Positions 23,103 to 35,739 of a stretch of DNA of 64,000 bases are shown here, one piece after another. This stretch comes from the human T2T-CHM13v2.0 reference genome, Homo sapiens. The first letter of the stretch is position 1. Each line of letters begins with the position of its first letter. The notes beneath the pieces are model-generated. The model saw only the letters and a program-made list of their open reading frames with translations. It was not told the DNA's origin and did no database searches. The translations under genes were made by a program, and so were the position numbers. The DNA lies in assembly GCF_009914755.1 (NCBI RefSeq), contig NC_060938.1; one strand, written 5' to 3'.

Positions 23103-23602
23103 GTGTTGAAATGTCGGGTATTTTCATGTTATGAGAGGTTTGAAGTGCTGTACCTGCCATCTACTGGAAGTCTATGGGAGGTACATTTCCCTACTAGCAA
23201 CTTAAGGCCTCCAGAGAGTCTAGAAAATGCTATCAGTGCTATTGAGGAAATTGTATCACAGGCTGTGAGGTCCTTTATTGCTGCTAAAGAAAATTAAAGA
23301 TAAAATTATCTCATTAATCACTGGTTAAAGTACAAAATGGATCCATTTAAATTTCAGTAGGCGAAGTATAAAGAGTGGTTCACTTTTGAAATGTTATGGT
23401 TACTAGAAGGCCAGGAGCAGAGACTAACAAATGTCCTTCCCAGCATTCTTACTAAAGACAGCGCTGTAGCCCTGGAAAAATACGTGCATAAATTATAACT
23501 ATTGCAAGTAGCTCTTAGCATCTAGGGTAGCCAGGCTTCTGAGATCTTCTCTAGTAACTTCTGTTTAATATTTCCGGGCTCATCTGGATTGTGAGAATAA
23601 GG
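23103..23602 (+). pseudogene. Candidate decayed coding exon B (C-terminal TTL-domain-like motifs)
   Basis: Single frame: STGSLW...AISAIEEIVSQAVRSFIAAKEN*R*NY...FQ*...WLLE (23397-23408)...PSILTKDS...FCLIFP (23559-23576). Consensus donor gg|gtaagt at 23603. Acceptor uncertain (about 23135-23138). Confidence 0.42.
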
Positions 23603-25236
23603 GTAAGTGTACATGCAGGAGAAGACAGCATAAGCGGAGACTAGCTGAAATGTTGAAGTACTGCAAAGAATGAAACACCATAGTTAGTTCTTGAAATACA
23701 TGCTTTGTGACTATATTTAATTCTTTCAACTATGCTCTGGGTTAGAATAGTTAACTCCAGATGTTCATATAACCTAGACACCTACAATTCCAGTTTCCTA
23801 GACTTTTCCTATTCAAATAATGTCGGTACATTTTCTTATCCTAAATAATTTAAATCTATCTAATGGCTCTTTTTTTTTCCTGAGTTAAAGAAAACAAACA
23901 AACAAAAAAGAAAACAAATACTAAGGGTTACTTAATTCATCTTTTATGAATGACTTTAAAAATTATGATTAGATAAACTTAAAAACATAAAATCTTTTAG
24001 CTTTTAATCATTCTGTACTTTCTGGTAACTAGAATAAATTCTTAGAAGTAAGCTCTAGAATGACATGATCATACTCATTTACAGTGTGAGGGTTTCATAT
24101 GGATAAAGATTAATAGTGGCACTAAGAGGTAGAATAATTTAACTCAAGGTCATGCAATTTAGTGGCAGAGCTTAAACTATAATCCAGGTTGTTTTACTCT
24201 AGTCACTTGCTATATCTACTACCTTGTAGAAAATTGAAAGATTAGTAAACTGATGATTGCCTTGAATGTAATTATAAAATATATATCGGACTTGAAATTA
24301 AAATAGGCATGCCCTTGAGCAATTGTCATGTGAGAGAAGGGAAAGTAGGGGAGGAAGTATGAAGACATTTGCCAGAGGTGTCCTTGGCATTCTTTGAAAT
24401 TCAAACAAGGAGATCATTCTCCGCGTCAGGGTCTCAGACTTAAATTAGGCCTCCCTTTACTTAAGCATACTGGAGAGAACACATAAAGGCAAAGGTGTCT
24501 GGGATTAGAGAGAAAGTTAGAAAGACAAGTGGCAGCCAGATATTTCTAAGGCTAAGTGATGACACAGTAGAAAGTCTATGTCTAGCAATATGACAGATTG
24601 AAGACCCTGAAAATCCTACTGTAAACACCTGTAAGTATGGGATAAAAACATAATGAGCATTGTTTAAAACGCATAGCCAAACTCACAAAGAAGTATGTAA
24701 AATCCCCTGGGGCTAAAAGCAAGGAGAAAATGGAAAGACAGATTAGTAAATGGATGCTGACACTTTGTCAGCTTGAGTTGGGAGTTGGGAGGAGTATTAG
24801 TCAGTCTTGCTATTGAAGGGAGTTGAATGAACATGATGGATCGAAAGACAAGGCCTTGGAACTGCTTGAGTTGGGGAGTTGGACTGGCAAACTCTCACTT
24901 CACAGACACATTCATAAAGCCAGGACAGATAAAGGGCTCTGCCCTACAGGAAAGGGTAGATAGGGAGAAATCTGTCTACTAGCAAAGTGAAATGACCTTG
25001 TTGAGTTGACCTGGGATCTAGATAGGAAAGAAAAGGCTACATCAACACTTTGCAATCACAGAAAGAGCAAATTAGACCCTGGGAGCTTCAGATAATTAAA
25101 AATCAAAACACATCACAACATGTTTAAACTGATTAAAATAAATAGAGGAAAAAATCAAAAGTCTAAGAAATTAATGCTATCAAAATACACAGAATACTTT
25201 GCAGCAATTTAGAAAAACTAGACCTATATATGCTGA

Positions 25237-25671
<435 letters not shown>

Positions 25672-25809
25672 TAATCCTAATTAACTGTGTTATTCCCTCT
25701 AATTTATATTGAACATAATAAAACATGATTGCTAGTGAAAAAAATTGGACCAGGCAAATTTGAAAAAAAAAGAAAGGCATAAAACGTACTTGTAGAAATA
25801 AAAAATCTG

Positions 25810-26138
<329 letters not shown>

Positions 26139-27189
26139 AATAAAAAATCTGGTCACTGAAATTTAAAAACGATATGGATGAAGAAAGAATTAGTGAACAG
26201 AAAGTTAAATTTGCAAACTGAAGAAAGTTCACAGAAATATACAGAGGTCAAGAGATGAAAAAATATGAAAGAATAAGAGACATAGAGGTAAAATGAGAAA
26301 GTCCTACATAAATTATAAAGAAGTTTCAGAGGAAAATGAGAATGAGAATATATTTATTAAAATGGCTGACTATTTTCCAGAAGTGATAAAATACTCCAGT
26401 CCTCAGATTCAAGAAGTCCCATAATTCCCAAGTTGCCTCTACAGCATCAAAGTCAAATAAATACTTTTTAAAGCAAGTCAAGAGACAGACTACCATCAAC
26501 AATTAAAAACATGCCTGATTTCTCAGTAGCAATAATTTAAAAAGGGAAGACAGTGAGTTATCCTCCTTAGTGAGCTGAGAAAAAATTAAATTCTCATAAA
26601 ATGAATATTTTGTGCTGATTTAATATCATTGAGGAATGGAATTTTAAAAAGACCTTTTCACAAATATAAATGGGTTGCATTTACTATCAATAGATCCACA
26701 CTGAAGGAATTTTTAATTAATACTCTTCATCAAGAAGGACATTGATTCAGTAAAGAAAAACTGAGATGAAGGAAAGGTGAGCAAATAAATTGATAAATAC
26801 TAGATAAAGCATTGACTGCATGAATCAACAATGGTAATGATAATTAATTTGGGAAGGGGGAAACGTGGAGACTTAAATACTCAATGAAAATAACATGCAA
26901 ATTGGAGTGATAGTAATTGGTATTAATAGTTCTAAAGCATTTTATTTGGGGAGAGTCTGGTAAAGTATTTTATTTAGACATTATTATGTCAAGCAGGCAT
27001 GTTAAAAAAATTAAAATAGCTCCTTAGAGAATAGAAAAAGAATATACAATATCCATGCAAGTAGAGAGGGGATGGGGAATAAGAAAACCTCAATCAATAA
27101 AAATGGGAGGAGAAGAGGAAAAAGAGAATGAGGCATAGAAAAACATGGTAAGTAGAGAATAGAATAAAAGAAAGAAAGAAATACTAGTA

Positions 27190-27745
27190 CCCAGACCACT
27201 AAAAACTCGGGTTTCTAGGAATGAAAGTTTGGGTCACCCATGCAGATTAAAAAAAACTCCAACCAACTGAAATGCTAGGTTAGGACAAAGAGAACATAGA
27301 ACTGGTAGTAGAAGACGGAAGTTGTAAATATCATCTATGGTCTAATGGCCAATTGCAGAAAAAAGCACTGTGCATCTAAACATATGTTACTCCTTGCTTG
27401 TTTTAATAAATTCTATGTATTAATAAAAAAATTCCTTATCCTTTTATCTATTATTTTATATGAGCAATGTTGGGGTATTAATTTTAAATTTATGTTATAG
27501 CAGTGGTAGTATGCCCAAGAGTGCAACAGCAGTTTTAGATCTGTGGATTTGATCCCAGGAATATTAGCGCCTTCCTCATCTTTTTGTATCATCTCTTCAT
27601 TTTTGTTCCTGTAGAAAACTCTCTCATTATTTCTCCTCCTGCTATTTCAAGAGTTTTGTACTAAATTTCCTGAAGTAAATGAATTTTGTGTGAAATAATT
27701 GGCATGGTTTCTGTTTTCCTGAACAGACCATAACTTAATATCCTA
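27190..27745 (+). mobile_element. Ancient ERVL internal 3' fragment and LTR remnant
   Basis: aggaatgaaagtttgggtcaccca...aactggtagtagaagacggaagttgtaaatatca; LTR-like end ggtttctgttttcctgaacagacc. Confidence 0.6.
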
Positions 27746-27749
27746 CAGT

Positions 27750-29700
27750 ATGTAGGAATTTAAGAGAAAAAGAAAAAAAAAGCATGCATACCTTTACTTC
27801 ATACTATATATCCTCCCCACAAACAGTCAATTGTTGTGTATTAAAGAACTAAATGTTAAAGCAAAACTTTCAACCTCGTAGAAAGAAAATGTTGGACAAT
27901 ATTTTCCGAACTTGAGGTAGAAGAGGAGTTCTTAAACAAAACAAAATACATTTCAAAAGGAAAGTGTTGATGAATGTTACTACATTAAGTTCAAAATTGT
28001 ATTCATTAAAAGACTACACGGCATGCAAACAGAAAAGATAAACTGCAGACTGGCAGAAGAAAATGCAAATTAAAACCACAATAACATATTTTACCTCAGC
28101 CAAATGACAAAAATTAAAATCTGATAGTGCCAAGTGTTGGCATGAATATGGACCAATGGGAATTGACATATACTGCTTCTAAGAGTGATAAATATGAAAG
28201 TATAAGGTATAAAAACTTTAGTGAGAAATTTGGCAATATCAAATAAATTTGATAATTCACATATCTTTCAAGAATTCTACTTAGCAGGGATTTCTAATCG
28301 CTGAGTGTCAGCACATCAGGCACTGTGGTAGGCTCCACAGGTGTATGGCAATATTGATTCCCCCAGCCCTTGGGGAGCAGGGGCAGGAGGGGCCTCCTAG
28401 GCTAGCTATCTATGGGCAAAGTTGTTCATTTATCCCAGTGTGCCATACAGATATTATAATTTTCTAAGTGTACCATAACTTGAAAGAGGTTGGAAAACAC
28501 TCTTCTAAGATACCAATTCCTTGTTTGCTTTAGATGTTTCAAATATCTTATTTTTATTTTGTAATTTCTCTGCCAATACCTGTTTTGTAGGTACTCTGAG
28601 AATATCTCCAATTTTTTTCTACTTCACTCTCACAGTCCCTCTGTGAGACTTGTGGAGAATGGCTATTGCCTCCCCATGAATGTAAAGCTAAACCCAGAGC
28701 CCTGGAAAGATGGCCTTTCCAAAGTATTTAAAAAGGGTTATCTTTCTTAGTCTCTTTTCCTTCTTATCTAGTTTCAATGAAAACTCTGACAACTCATCCT
28801 TAGATGAAGGAATAAAATATATGGGTAACTTTAAATGTGTACTTGCCTCCCACCTCCACAAAATAACTGGGAAGCTCTGTGACCAGATAGCTCCAAATAA
28901 ATCAGAGGAAATAATTTTTAAAAGAAAATTGACTAATATGATCTACTGTAAAATAGACAATTAAAGAAATCTGATGTCCTCTAATCTTGTAGTAGCCAAG
29001 CTAGAGGCAATTTTCAGTAACTTCTTCCTCTCAAAACAAAACCCAAAACAAAAAAAGTACATTCATAGCACCTAAATATTATTAAAGATTCTCCATTTAA
29101 CTCATAACCAGAGTTTTTCAAGGAGTTCATACATTAGCCAAATAGAAAAATAAAGCTCCATTCCTATCTCCTTACAGAAAGTAAAATTCCAGGTGTATTA
29201 CTGCAGAATGTGAAAAAACAAAACCATAAATTTGTGAAAGTAAAACATGAAGAGAATTTTTGCAATCTTTGGATAAATAAGACATTTTTAAGTCAGATAT
29301 AAAACACAGAAACCATTAAGGAATATCAATAACATACAGTTTAAAAAGAAAAGATTGAAAGATAAACAGAAAACTAGGGATAATTTTGTAACATGTGTAA
29401 TAATACAATGGGTTAATAATCTTATAAGACAAAAAATAACTTTTATCAATTACTAAAAGATAAACATTCCATGGAAAAAGGTTATAAACAGATTATTAAA
29501 AATACATATATTTAATAAATATATGAAAAAATATTTAACCTCACTAATAATAAGAAAATTATACCTGCATTAGTAATGTTTCATTAAATTGACAGTAACT
29601 TTGAGAAAAATTCCAGTTTGAGGGCTGCAACTTCTGACACCTGACATGTAAAGTTATGTACATTTTTTTTAAGACAGCATTTACTAATAAATTGTACCCT
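27750..29700 (+). mobile_element. L1ME 3' fragments (about 27750-28280 and 29120-29700)
   Basis: aaaatgcaaattaaaaccacaataa...gatagtgccaagtgttggc; aaaaaatatttaacctcactaataataagaaaa. Confidence 0.7.
28285..28502 (-). mobile_element. MER112-like hAT-Charlie element
   Basis: cccagtgtgccatacagatattataattttctaagtgtaccataacttgaaagaggttggaaaacact. Confidence 0.7.
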
Positions 29701-29715
29701 TTGATCTTAAACCCG

Positions 29716-30830
29716 TGTATCAGTGTCACAAGAGGAAAGACATGGCACACTCAAATAAGGACACTGTAGGTGAATTTAATAAAGAAGCTGGTTCTATCAA
29801 AGATATCTGCAGTTTCACATTTATTGCAACACTATTTAAAATAGCGAAGATTTGGAAGTATCCATCAACAGATGAATGGATAAAGAAAATACGGTAAATA
29901 TACATAACAGAGTACTATTCAGCCATAGAAAAGAACAAAATCCTGTCATTTGCAAAAACATGGATAGAATCGGAGGACATTATGTTAAATGAAATACGCC
30001 AGACACAGAAAGGCAAACTTTGCATGTTCTCACTTCTCTGGGGGAGCTGAAAATTAAAACAATTGAACTCATTGAGATAGAGAGTTGAAGAATGGTTAAC
30101 AGGCTAGGAAGGGTAGTGAGGAGTTTACGGGAAAGTGAGGGTGGTTAATGGGTACAAAAAAATAGAAAGAATAATTAAGAACTAATATTTGATAGCACAG
30201 TAAAATGACAATAGTCAATAATAATTTAATTATACATTTAAATATCTTAAAGAGTATTATTGGATTGTTTGTAACACAAAGGATAAATGCTTGAGGTGAA
30301 GGATACCCATTTACCCTGATGTGAGTATCACACGTTGCATGCTTATACAGAAATATCTCAATTACCCCACAAATATATATACCTATTATGTACCCACAAA
30401 AATTAAAAATAAAAATAAAGGTGGTTACCAATGTATAAGCAGAGTTTAGGAAACCAGTAAAAGATGGTGCACACTTCCAGAGCTAAGGACAATGTGGAGC
30501 CAATACCACCCTCAGCCTGAAGGCAAAATGCCCAGAGTAGTTACTAGAATCTCAAGACAGTTAGAGGAGAGGGTCACCTGATAGAACCTGCGGCTTTTAG
30601 CAGAGGAGAGCAGTCACTGTGAATGGAAACCAGCAGGGAGGTAGCTGGGGAAATAAATACCCTGTTCTCACACTACTACCACTCTCAAGTCTCCTGTGAT
30701 TGCATTCCCATTGCATGAATTCACCTAGAAGCTAGAGTGTGGTCCATACAGATCACAGTCCTAGGCCACAGAAAAGGGTGGGAAACTGGGGACTGAATCT
30801 GAAGGAGTAGATGGAAAATATCCACTGTGA
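29716..30830 (-). mobile_element. ERVL LTR (LTR41-like) split by an L1MA
   Basis: tgtatcagtgtcacaagaggaaagacatggcacactcaaa...tttaataaag; resumes aaaggtgg...gatggtgc...ctgaaggc...atggaaaatatcca. Confidence 0.7.
29795..30418 (+). mobile_element. L1MA 3' end
   Basis: gtatccatcaacagatgaatggataaagaaaat...gtaacacaaaggataaatgcttgagg...tgtacccacaaaaattaaaaataaaaataaa. Confidence 0.9.
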
Positions 30831-31419
30831 ACTTGGCGAACCAAAGTCTGAGATTCTCCCAGAAAGACATGAAGAAGATTTGCAAATCTTTGTTTAGGAC
30901 TTACTCATTTTGGTATGTATTCTTTAACTATTTTGGAAGAAGTAGGAGCCATGTTTCCTAAATAAAGCAAAAGAAAATCCAATGGGATTTCTCCATGGAA
31001 AAAGGCTTAATGGGATTTAACCATCCAAAGATACTGTAAACCAAATTAAACAAAACAAAAACCGTAATTCATCTACTTTAGAGGGTTTCCTATATGCTGG
31101 AGGAGTACATAGTATATTCCCCTAGTCACAAAGTGAGCAATAGCTCCTGAGACCAGCACAATGTCATTGGTTGGATTTCACCACCTTCAGGTGTAGAACT
31201 GAAAACAAAAAGAGAAATACCTAAATGTTACTTGGAAATTACATTTGATTGAGAACTGCATGCATTGAATTGCGCATAGTTGTATGTCTTGGAATGTTTT
31301 TTCCAATTGAGATTAAAAGAATAAAAGCACAGACTAGCCCAGATTTGATAAACAACCAGGCACAGGACTTAATTGAGAATGGCAGAATGGCAGAAATTTT
31401 AAAAAGGCCGAATTCGTAT

Positions 31420-32325
31420 CCTAGGTGAATCTGGGCCTGGTTGTCAGCTCTGTCTGCACTTTGGCAAGAAGAAATGTGAGTCTCTTTAAATGTGGCCAAA
31501 GAAGCATGATTTACTTTAAATTGGTGATTGAGTCTGAGCTTGTCATTTTCTCTCCTTAAGGCATTAATGGCACTTAACAACAGCTACCAAATACCACAAA
31601 TTATATAGTTATTATTTACCCTGAAACTCGTAAGCATCAGGAACATGACACAACCTAAGTCCATCTGTATCTCATCCAAGATCACTAGAGATGAAACTCT
31701 GAGCATTTGTATTGCTATAGCAGGTCAGGAATGATCAATACACTACCAACCACCAGCAATCGAGTCTCTATTGCTATCCGGATGGTGAATGATTTAACTC
31801 TAGAGTCCCATTTGTAAAGATGACTTTCTAGAATCATCCCTGGCACCATGACTTTCTAGAATCATCCCTGGCACCAACTGTCTTAGATTGGGTTTCCTAA
31901 AAGCAGAGTCAGAGACAGGGATTTATGTGCAAATGATTTAATGAGGAAGTTCTCTCAGGATAGCTCTTACATTAGTAAGGAAAGCAGAATAGGGCAGGGG
32001 ATGAAGCATCTCCTGCAAAGATGTAGCAGAAAGTCTAGCCTCAGCCTGATCCTGCTTTGAGCTCAGTGTGCATGGCACACTGAGTCGTCCACCCTGGGGC
32101 AAGAGGATGATGTTTTGTATCTCTAGATAAGCTAACTCCCGGAAGAGAAAACATTTCAAACATTTTGGGTGAAAGGGCTCTTGAGTTCCTGTTGATCAGG
32201 TGCATTTCTCAGGAAAATAGGGCAGCTGTATGTGAGCTGTTAGCAGCCAACACTGATAACAACTGAGGGCTGGATGCTCTGGTCTTCTAAAAGAAAGCTG
32301 GGCAGGGCATCAACAGCTCTACTGT
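31420..32325 (-). mobile_element. LTR16-like ERVL LTR (about 31879-32325) with adjoining internal 5' region and PBS
   Basis: tgtcttagattgggtttcctaaaagcagagtcagagacagggattt...; minus-strand tggtgccaggg next to the LTR; gag-like ALRRENDKLRLNHQFK in ORF 31239-31580. Confidence 0.75.
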
Positions 32326-32762
32326 AGGAGGAATGGGAAACTCTTTGTTGAAGAATTAGAAAAGAGTTTGTCTTGAAGATGACACTTGTCTTGTAAGGAA
32401 GAGAAAAGAATAATTAGGCTGAGAATACAGTAGCCAAGGTAGTCAGTCAACAAGTTCACTGAGTTCAAATCTGGAGAGGATTTGGATTCAGAATCAAATA
32501 CTCATCTACTAGGTGTTAATTTTTATTTAGTTTCTTTTCGATTTTTCTTTCTGGATTATTTTACTTGAGTTAATAGCCTGCCAATTCCTCCTGACAGTAA
32601 TATCAGTGAATACAGCTACTTAATGAGGTATACTGGGGTTAGTTTACAACATTTATACCAATTAAAGTGTTTAAATATCTCACTGGAGTAATAATAGATA
32701 TCTTATAGAAAGACTGTGCATTTTTGGCAGGTTGAAAACCAACAACAAAAAAACTGTGTAAG

Positions 32763-33231
32763 ACACATGCACACGTATGTTTACTGCAACACTCTTCACA
32801 TTAGCAAAGCCTTGGAACCAACCCAAATGCCCATCAATGATAGACTGGATAAAGAAAATGTGGCACATATACACCGTAGAATACTATGCAGCCATAAAAA
32901 GGATGAGTTCATGTCCTTTGCAAGGACATGGATAAAACTAGAAACCATCATTCTCAGCAAACTAACACAGGAACAGAAAAACCAAATACAGCATGTACTC
33001 ATTCATAAGTGGAAGTTGAACAATGAGAATACATGGACACAGGGAGGGGAACATCACACACTGGGGCCTGTCAGGGGATAGGGGGATAGGGAAGGGATAG
33101 CATGTAGATGGTGGGTTGATGGGTGCAGCAAATCACCATGGTACGTGTATACCTATGTAACAAACCTGCATGTTCTGCACACGTATCCCAGAACTTTAAT
33201 AATAATAGTAATAATAATAATAATAATAAAA
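32763..33231 (+). mobile_element. L1PA 3' end (L1PA7/8-like) with (AAT)n tail
   Basis: ttggaaccaacccaaatgcccatcaatgatagactggataaag...gtaacaaacctgcatgttctgcac; TSD-like aaaaactgtgtaag / aaaacctgtgtaag. Confidence 0.93.
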
Positions 33232-33947
33232 ACCTGTGTAAGCAAGGTAGTTTTGCTATGGGCTCCAAATTTCTGAAAGAATGTAACCTGTAAAGGTTTA
33301 AGTTTAAAATAATATAGGTAAAAAAAGTGTCAAAGTGAGTTAGAAAAAGAGAAATTTGGATAATTTTAGATTAACTCAACTTATTATTTGTAGGGTATAA
33401 GGTATGAGAAAAATACAAAATGACACATGGCATAGCATTCCATTTTGAAATCTCTATACTGAGGACTCATAATTTGAGTATAAATGTTTTGTTTTCTTAT
33501 TGATATTCAGATAATCAGCATCACTCAGTGAGTCACAACCTACTAAAAAATGTTCAGGGAAGGAAGGACTCAAGGCTAAGTATGTGAGAGTGAGTTTGGG
33601 TGAGTGTGCATATTTATATGCGTGTGTGTGGGGGGGTGAGACTTTTTGTATCTGAGTGAATTCATTTCAAAACCAAATATAAATTATTTAAATTTTAAAT
33701 TGTAAATGCCTGTGTATCTCTGGTGTAGCGTGTAGGTAATCAAGAATTGACACCACAATAAGGCCAGCGTTTGAAATTAGAAGAGGAGCAAAGATTTTCT
33801 TTAGAACCTGCCAACCAGGATCTAGTGTTGTGCAGCCAGGAGTCATGGGTTATTAAGTGAAATCAAAATCACATCAGGCCTAGGAGCACCTTAACAAGCA
33901 TTAGTGTTTCATTTAAAGGGAGTGTCTTGTTTCTGAAATATTCATAG

Positions 33948-34262
33948 CTGGAATCCACCACCACTGCTGCGATTTACATCTCCCTCTCCCCATTATGCTC
34001 ACTGAATCTCTTTACTTGCTATTGTAGGAAAAATATTCAAAGATTTATAGGCAGCAAAGAGAAGGCAGCAAATTATGACATCCATTATTGGCATCTGCTC
34101 TTGTCTGTATCCCCAGGAAATGCAAATACAAATGACTTCCAATTTTCTACTACAACTGAGTTGCAAAGGGAACTGTTATATGCAGATGAGGCAACTTCTA
34201 TTTGGACAGAGATAAAATGGAAGAAATTTCAGTCTACTACACTTGGCATACCATTTGCATAA
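33948..34262 (+). other. ATG-less open frame of 104 codons behind acceptor-like sites; candidate exon
   Basis: Stop-free from ctg 33948 to taa 34260; AG at 33946-33947 and tctctttacttgctattgtag near 34028; peptide not recognised. Confidence 0.2.
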
Positions 34263-34739
34263 CTCTGAAAAAGCTGTCACAAAGGGATAATAAAAAATCA
34301 TAAAGCTCTTAAAGCACCACATACAATCCCTGTAGCTAGACTGCTTATTACAGAAAAGACACAGCTTTAGGTTGTATGGGCTGGTGGAAGATCCAAAAAC
34401 AAAAGGGTGACTAAATATAGATGCTTCTATATTCACTGGTAAAAGTGATCCCTCTTCTCATGTTTGGCAAAAGGATTACACTAGGTTTGAAAATAACTTA
34501 TAAGCCAGTATGCAGTAAAGACAGACCCCACATCACCAATTTTTAAAAAATTCTTTTGGCATAAATTATTGCTTCTTTTGGAGGCATGACTAAGGCAATG
34601 TTTCCCATTATGTTGTAGGCTCTTTGGGGGCAAGAATCTTTGTATCCACTGATGTCCTGTACCTTCAGTGTCGAAAATAGAATTTTGAACACAACAGAAT
34701 CTCAAAATAGAATGCTTAATGATGAGAATCGAAGGAATC

Positions 34740-34925
34740 ACAGTGGTAAAGTACTGCAACTTAGGAGATGTGTATTCTAATCTAGTGCCTCTTTCTCAAT
34801 TTCTTTATCTCTTTGGGCCTTGGTTCCCACATCTGATAAAGTAGATAATAATACCTGTCTTATTTTATTTGGGAATATTTAAATGAATTATCATGGCTAG
34901 TGTCCACTATAACATCTGGCATAGA
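34740..34925 (+). mobile_element. MIR
   Basis: cagtggtaaagtactg...tctctttgggccttggttcccacatctgataaagtagataataatacctg. Confidence 0.75.
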
Positions 34926-35263
34926 TTTGTCACTCAAGACCTGGGTCTTTTTTTCCCTACATCCCTACAACTCTACCACGTCTCAACTTGGAAAGCATAA
35001 AGGTCAGCAGTTTCTGACAATTTTAGACCCTAGGCACATGCTCATATCACCTGGCTCATGTCACCTGGTTCTTCACCCGGCTCTTCACCCTCTGCCTGCT
35101 CTTATCTTTAAACCTCTACCAGCCTCAAAACTACTTCTCAATTTTTGTTAAAACTTTAGCCTTTGACTTGCAATTTTCCTCTTACCCAAGTCATGATACT
35201 ATGATAACATCAGTGTCCAGGTGAACAACATACCCAACTGTTTTAACAATCTCCTATTCCCCT

Positions 35264-35739
35264 TGTTGGTGAGGTTGGGGGAGGATTCTCACTCTGGGAA
35301 ATGAGGCTAGATAAACACATGACACCCCAAACTAAACAGGTGAGATGGACAGCAGTTTGAGTACTCACAGCTCAGGGGAGGAGGACACTCAGCACCATGC
35401 CAGGCCACATGACGTTGCATTTAGCAACAGAGTGAACCACTGAGGGCATTAGGAGGTAGACTTTGCAGTATCAAGAACATGAAGTGTCCTTTGGTTACCA
35501 CAGAAGGATGTGATTGGCTTTTTGAATAACTGTGGGCTGGCAGGGAACTAAAACCCACTACTCAGTGATAAATAAGAACTGGGCCTATTTCCCATGAGGA
35601 GGGTGTTTTGGCTGGGGGATCTTTTCTATGAGAGCAGAGTGGGCAGGAGAGCCTGTGGTGAGGTCATTTGAGGCCCTCCTGATTTTGCCATGTAAAGGTC
35701 GCACATCATAGTGACCTTCATTTTAGGCCTCATTACACA
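35264..35739 (-). mobile_element. ERVL-class solo LTR (MER70/MER74-like)
   Basis: TG...CA-bounded GC-richer block: tactcacagctcaggggaggaggacac...gccacatg...gtgattggct...aggcctcattacaca. Confidence 0.6.

Noticed and set aside
23154-23283. Minus-strand exon candidate (ttttctttagcag acceptor, cag|gtacag donor, open frame)
   Set aside because: Weak donor, unrecognised peptide and no partner exons. Not excluded, but less supported than the + strand reading.
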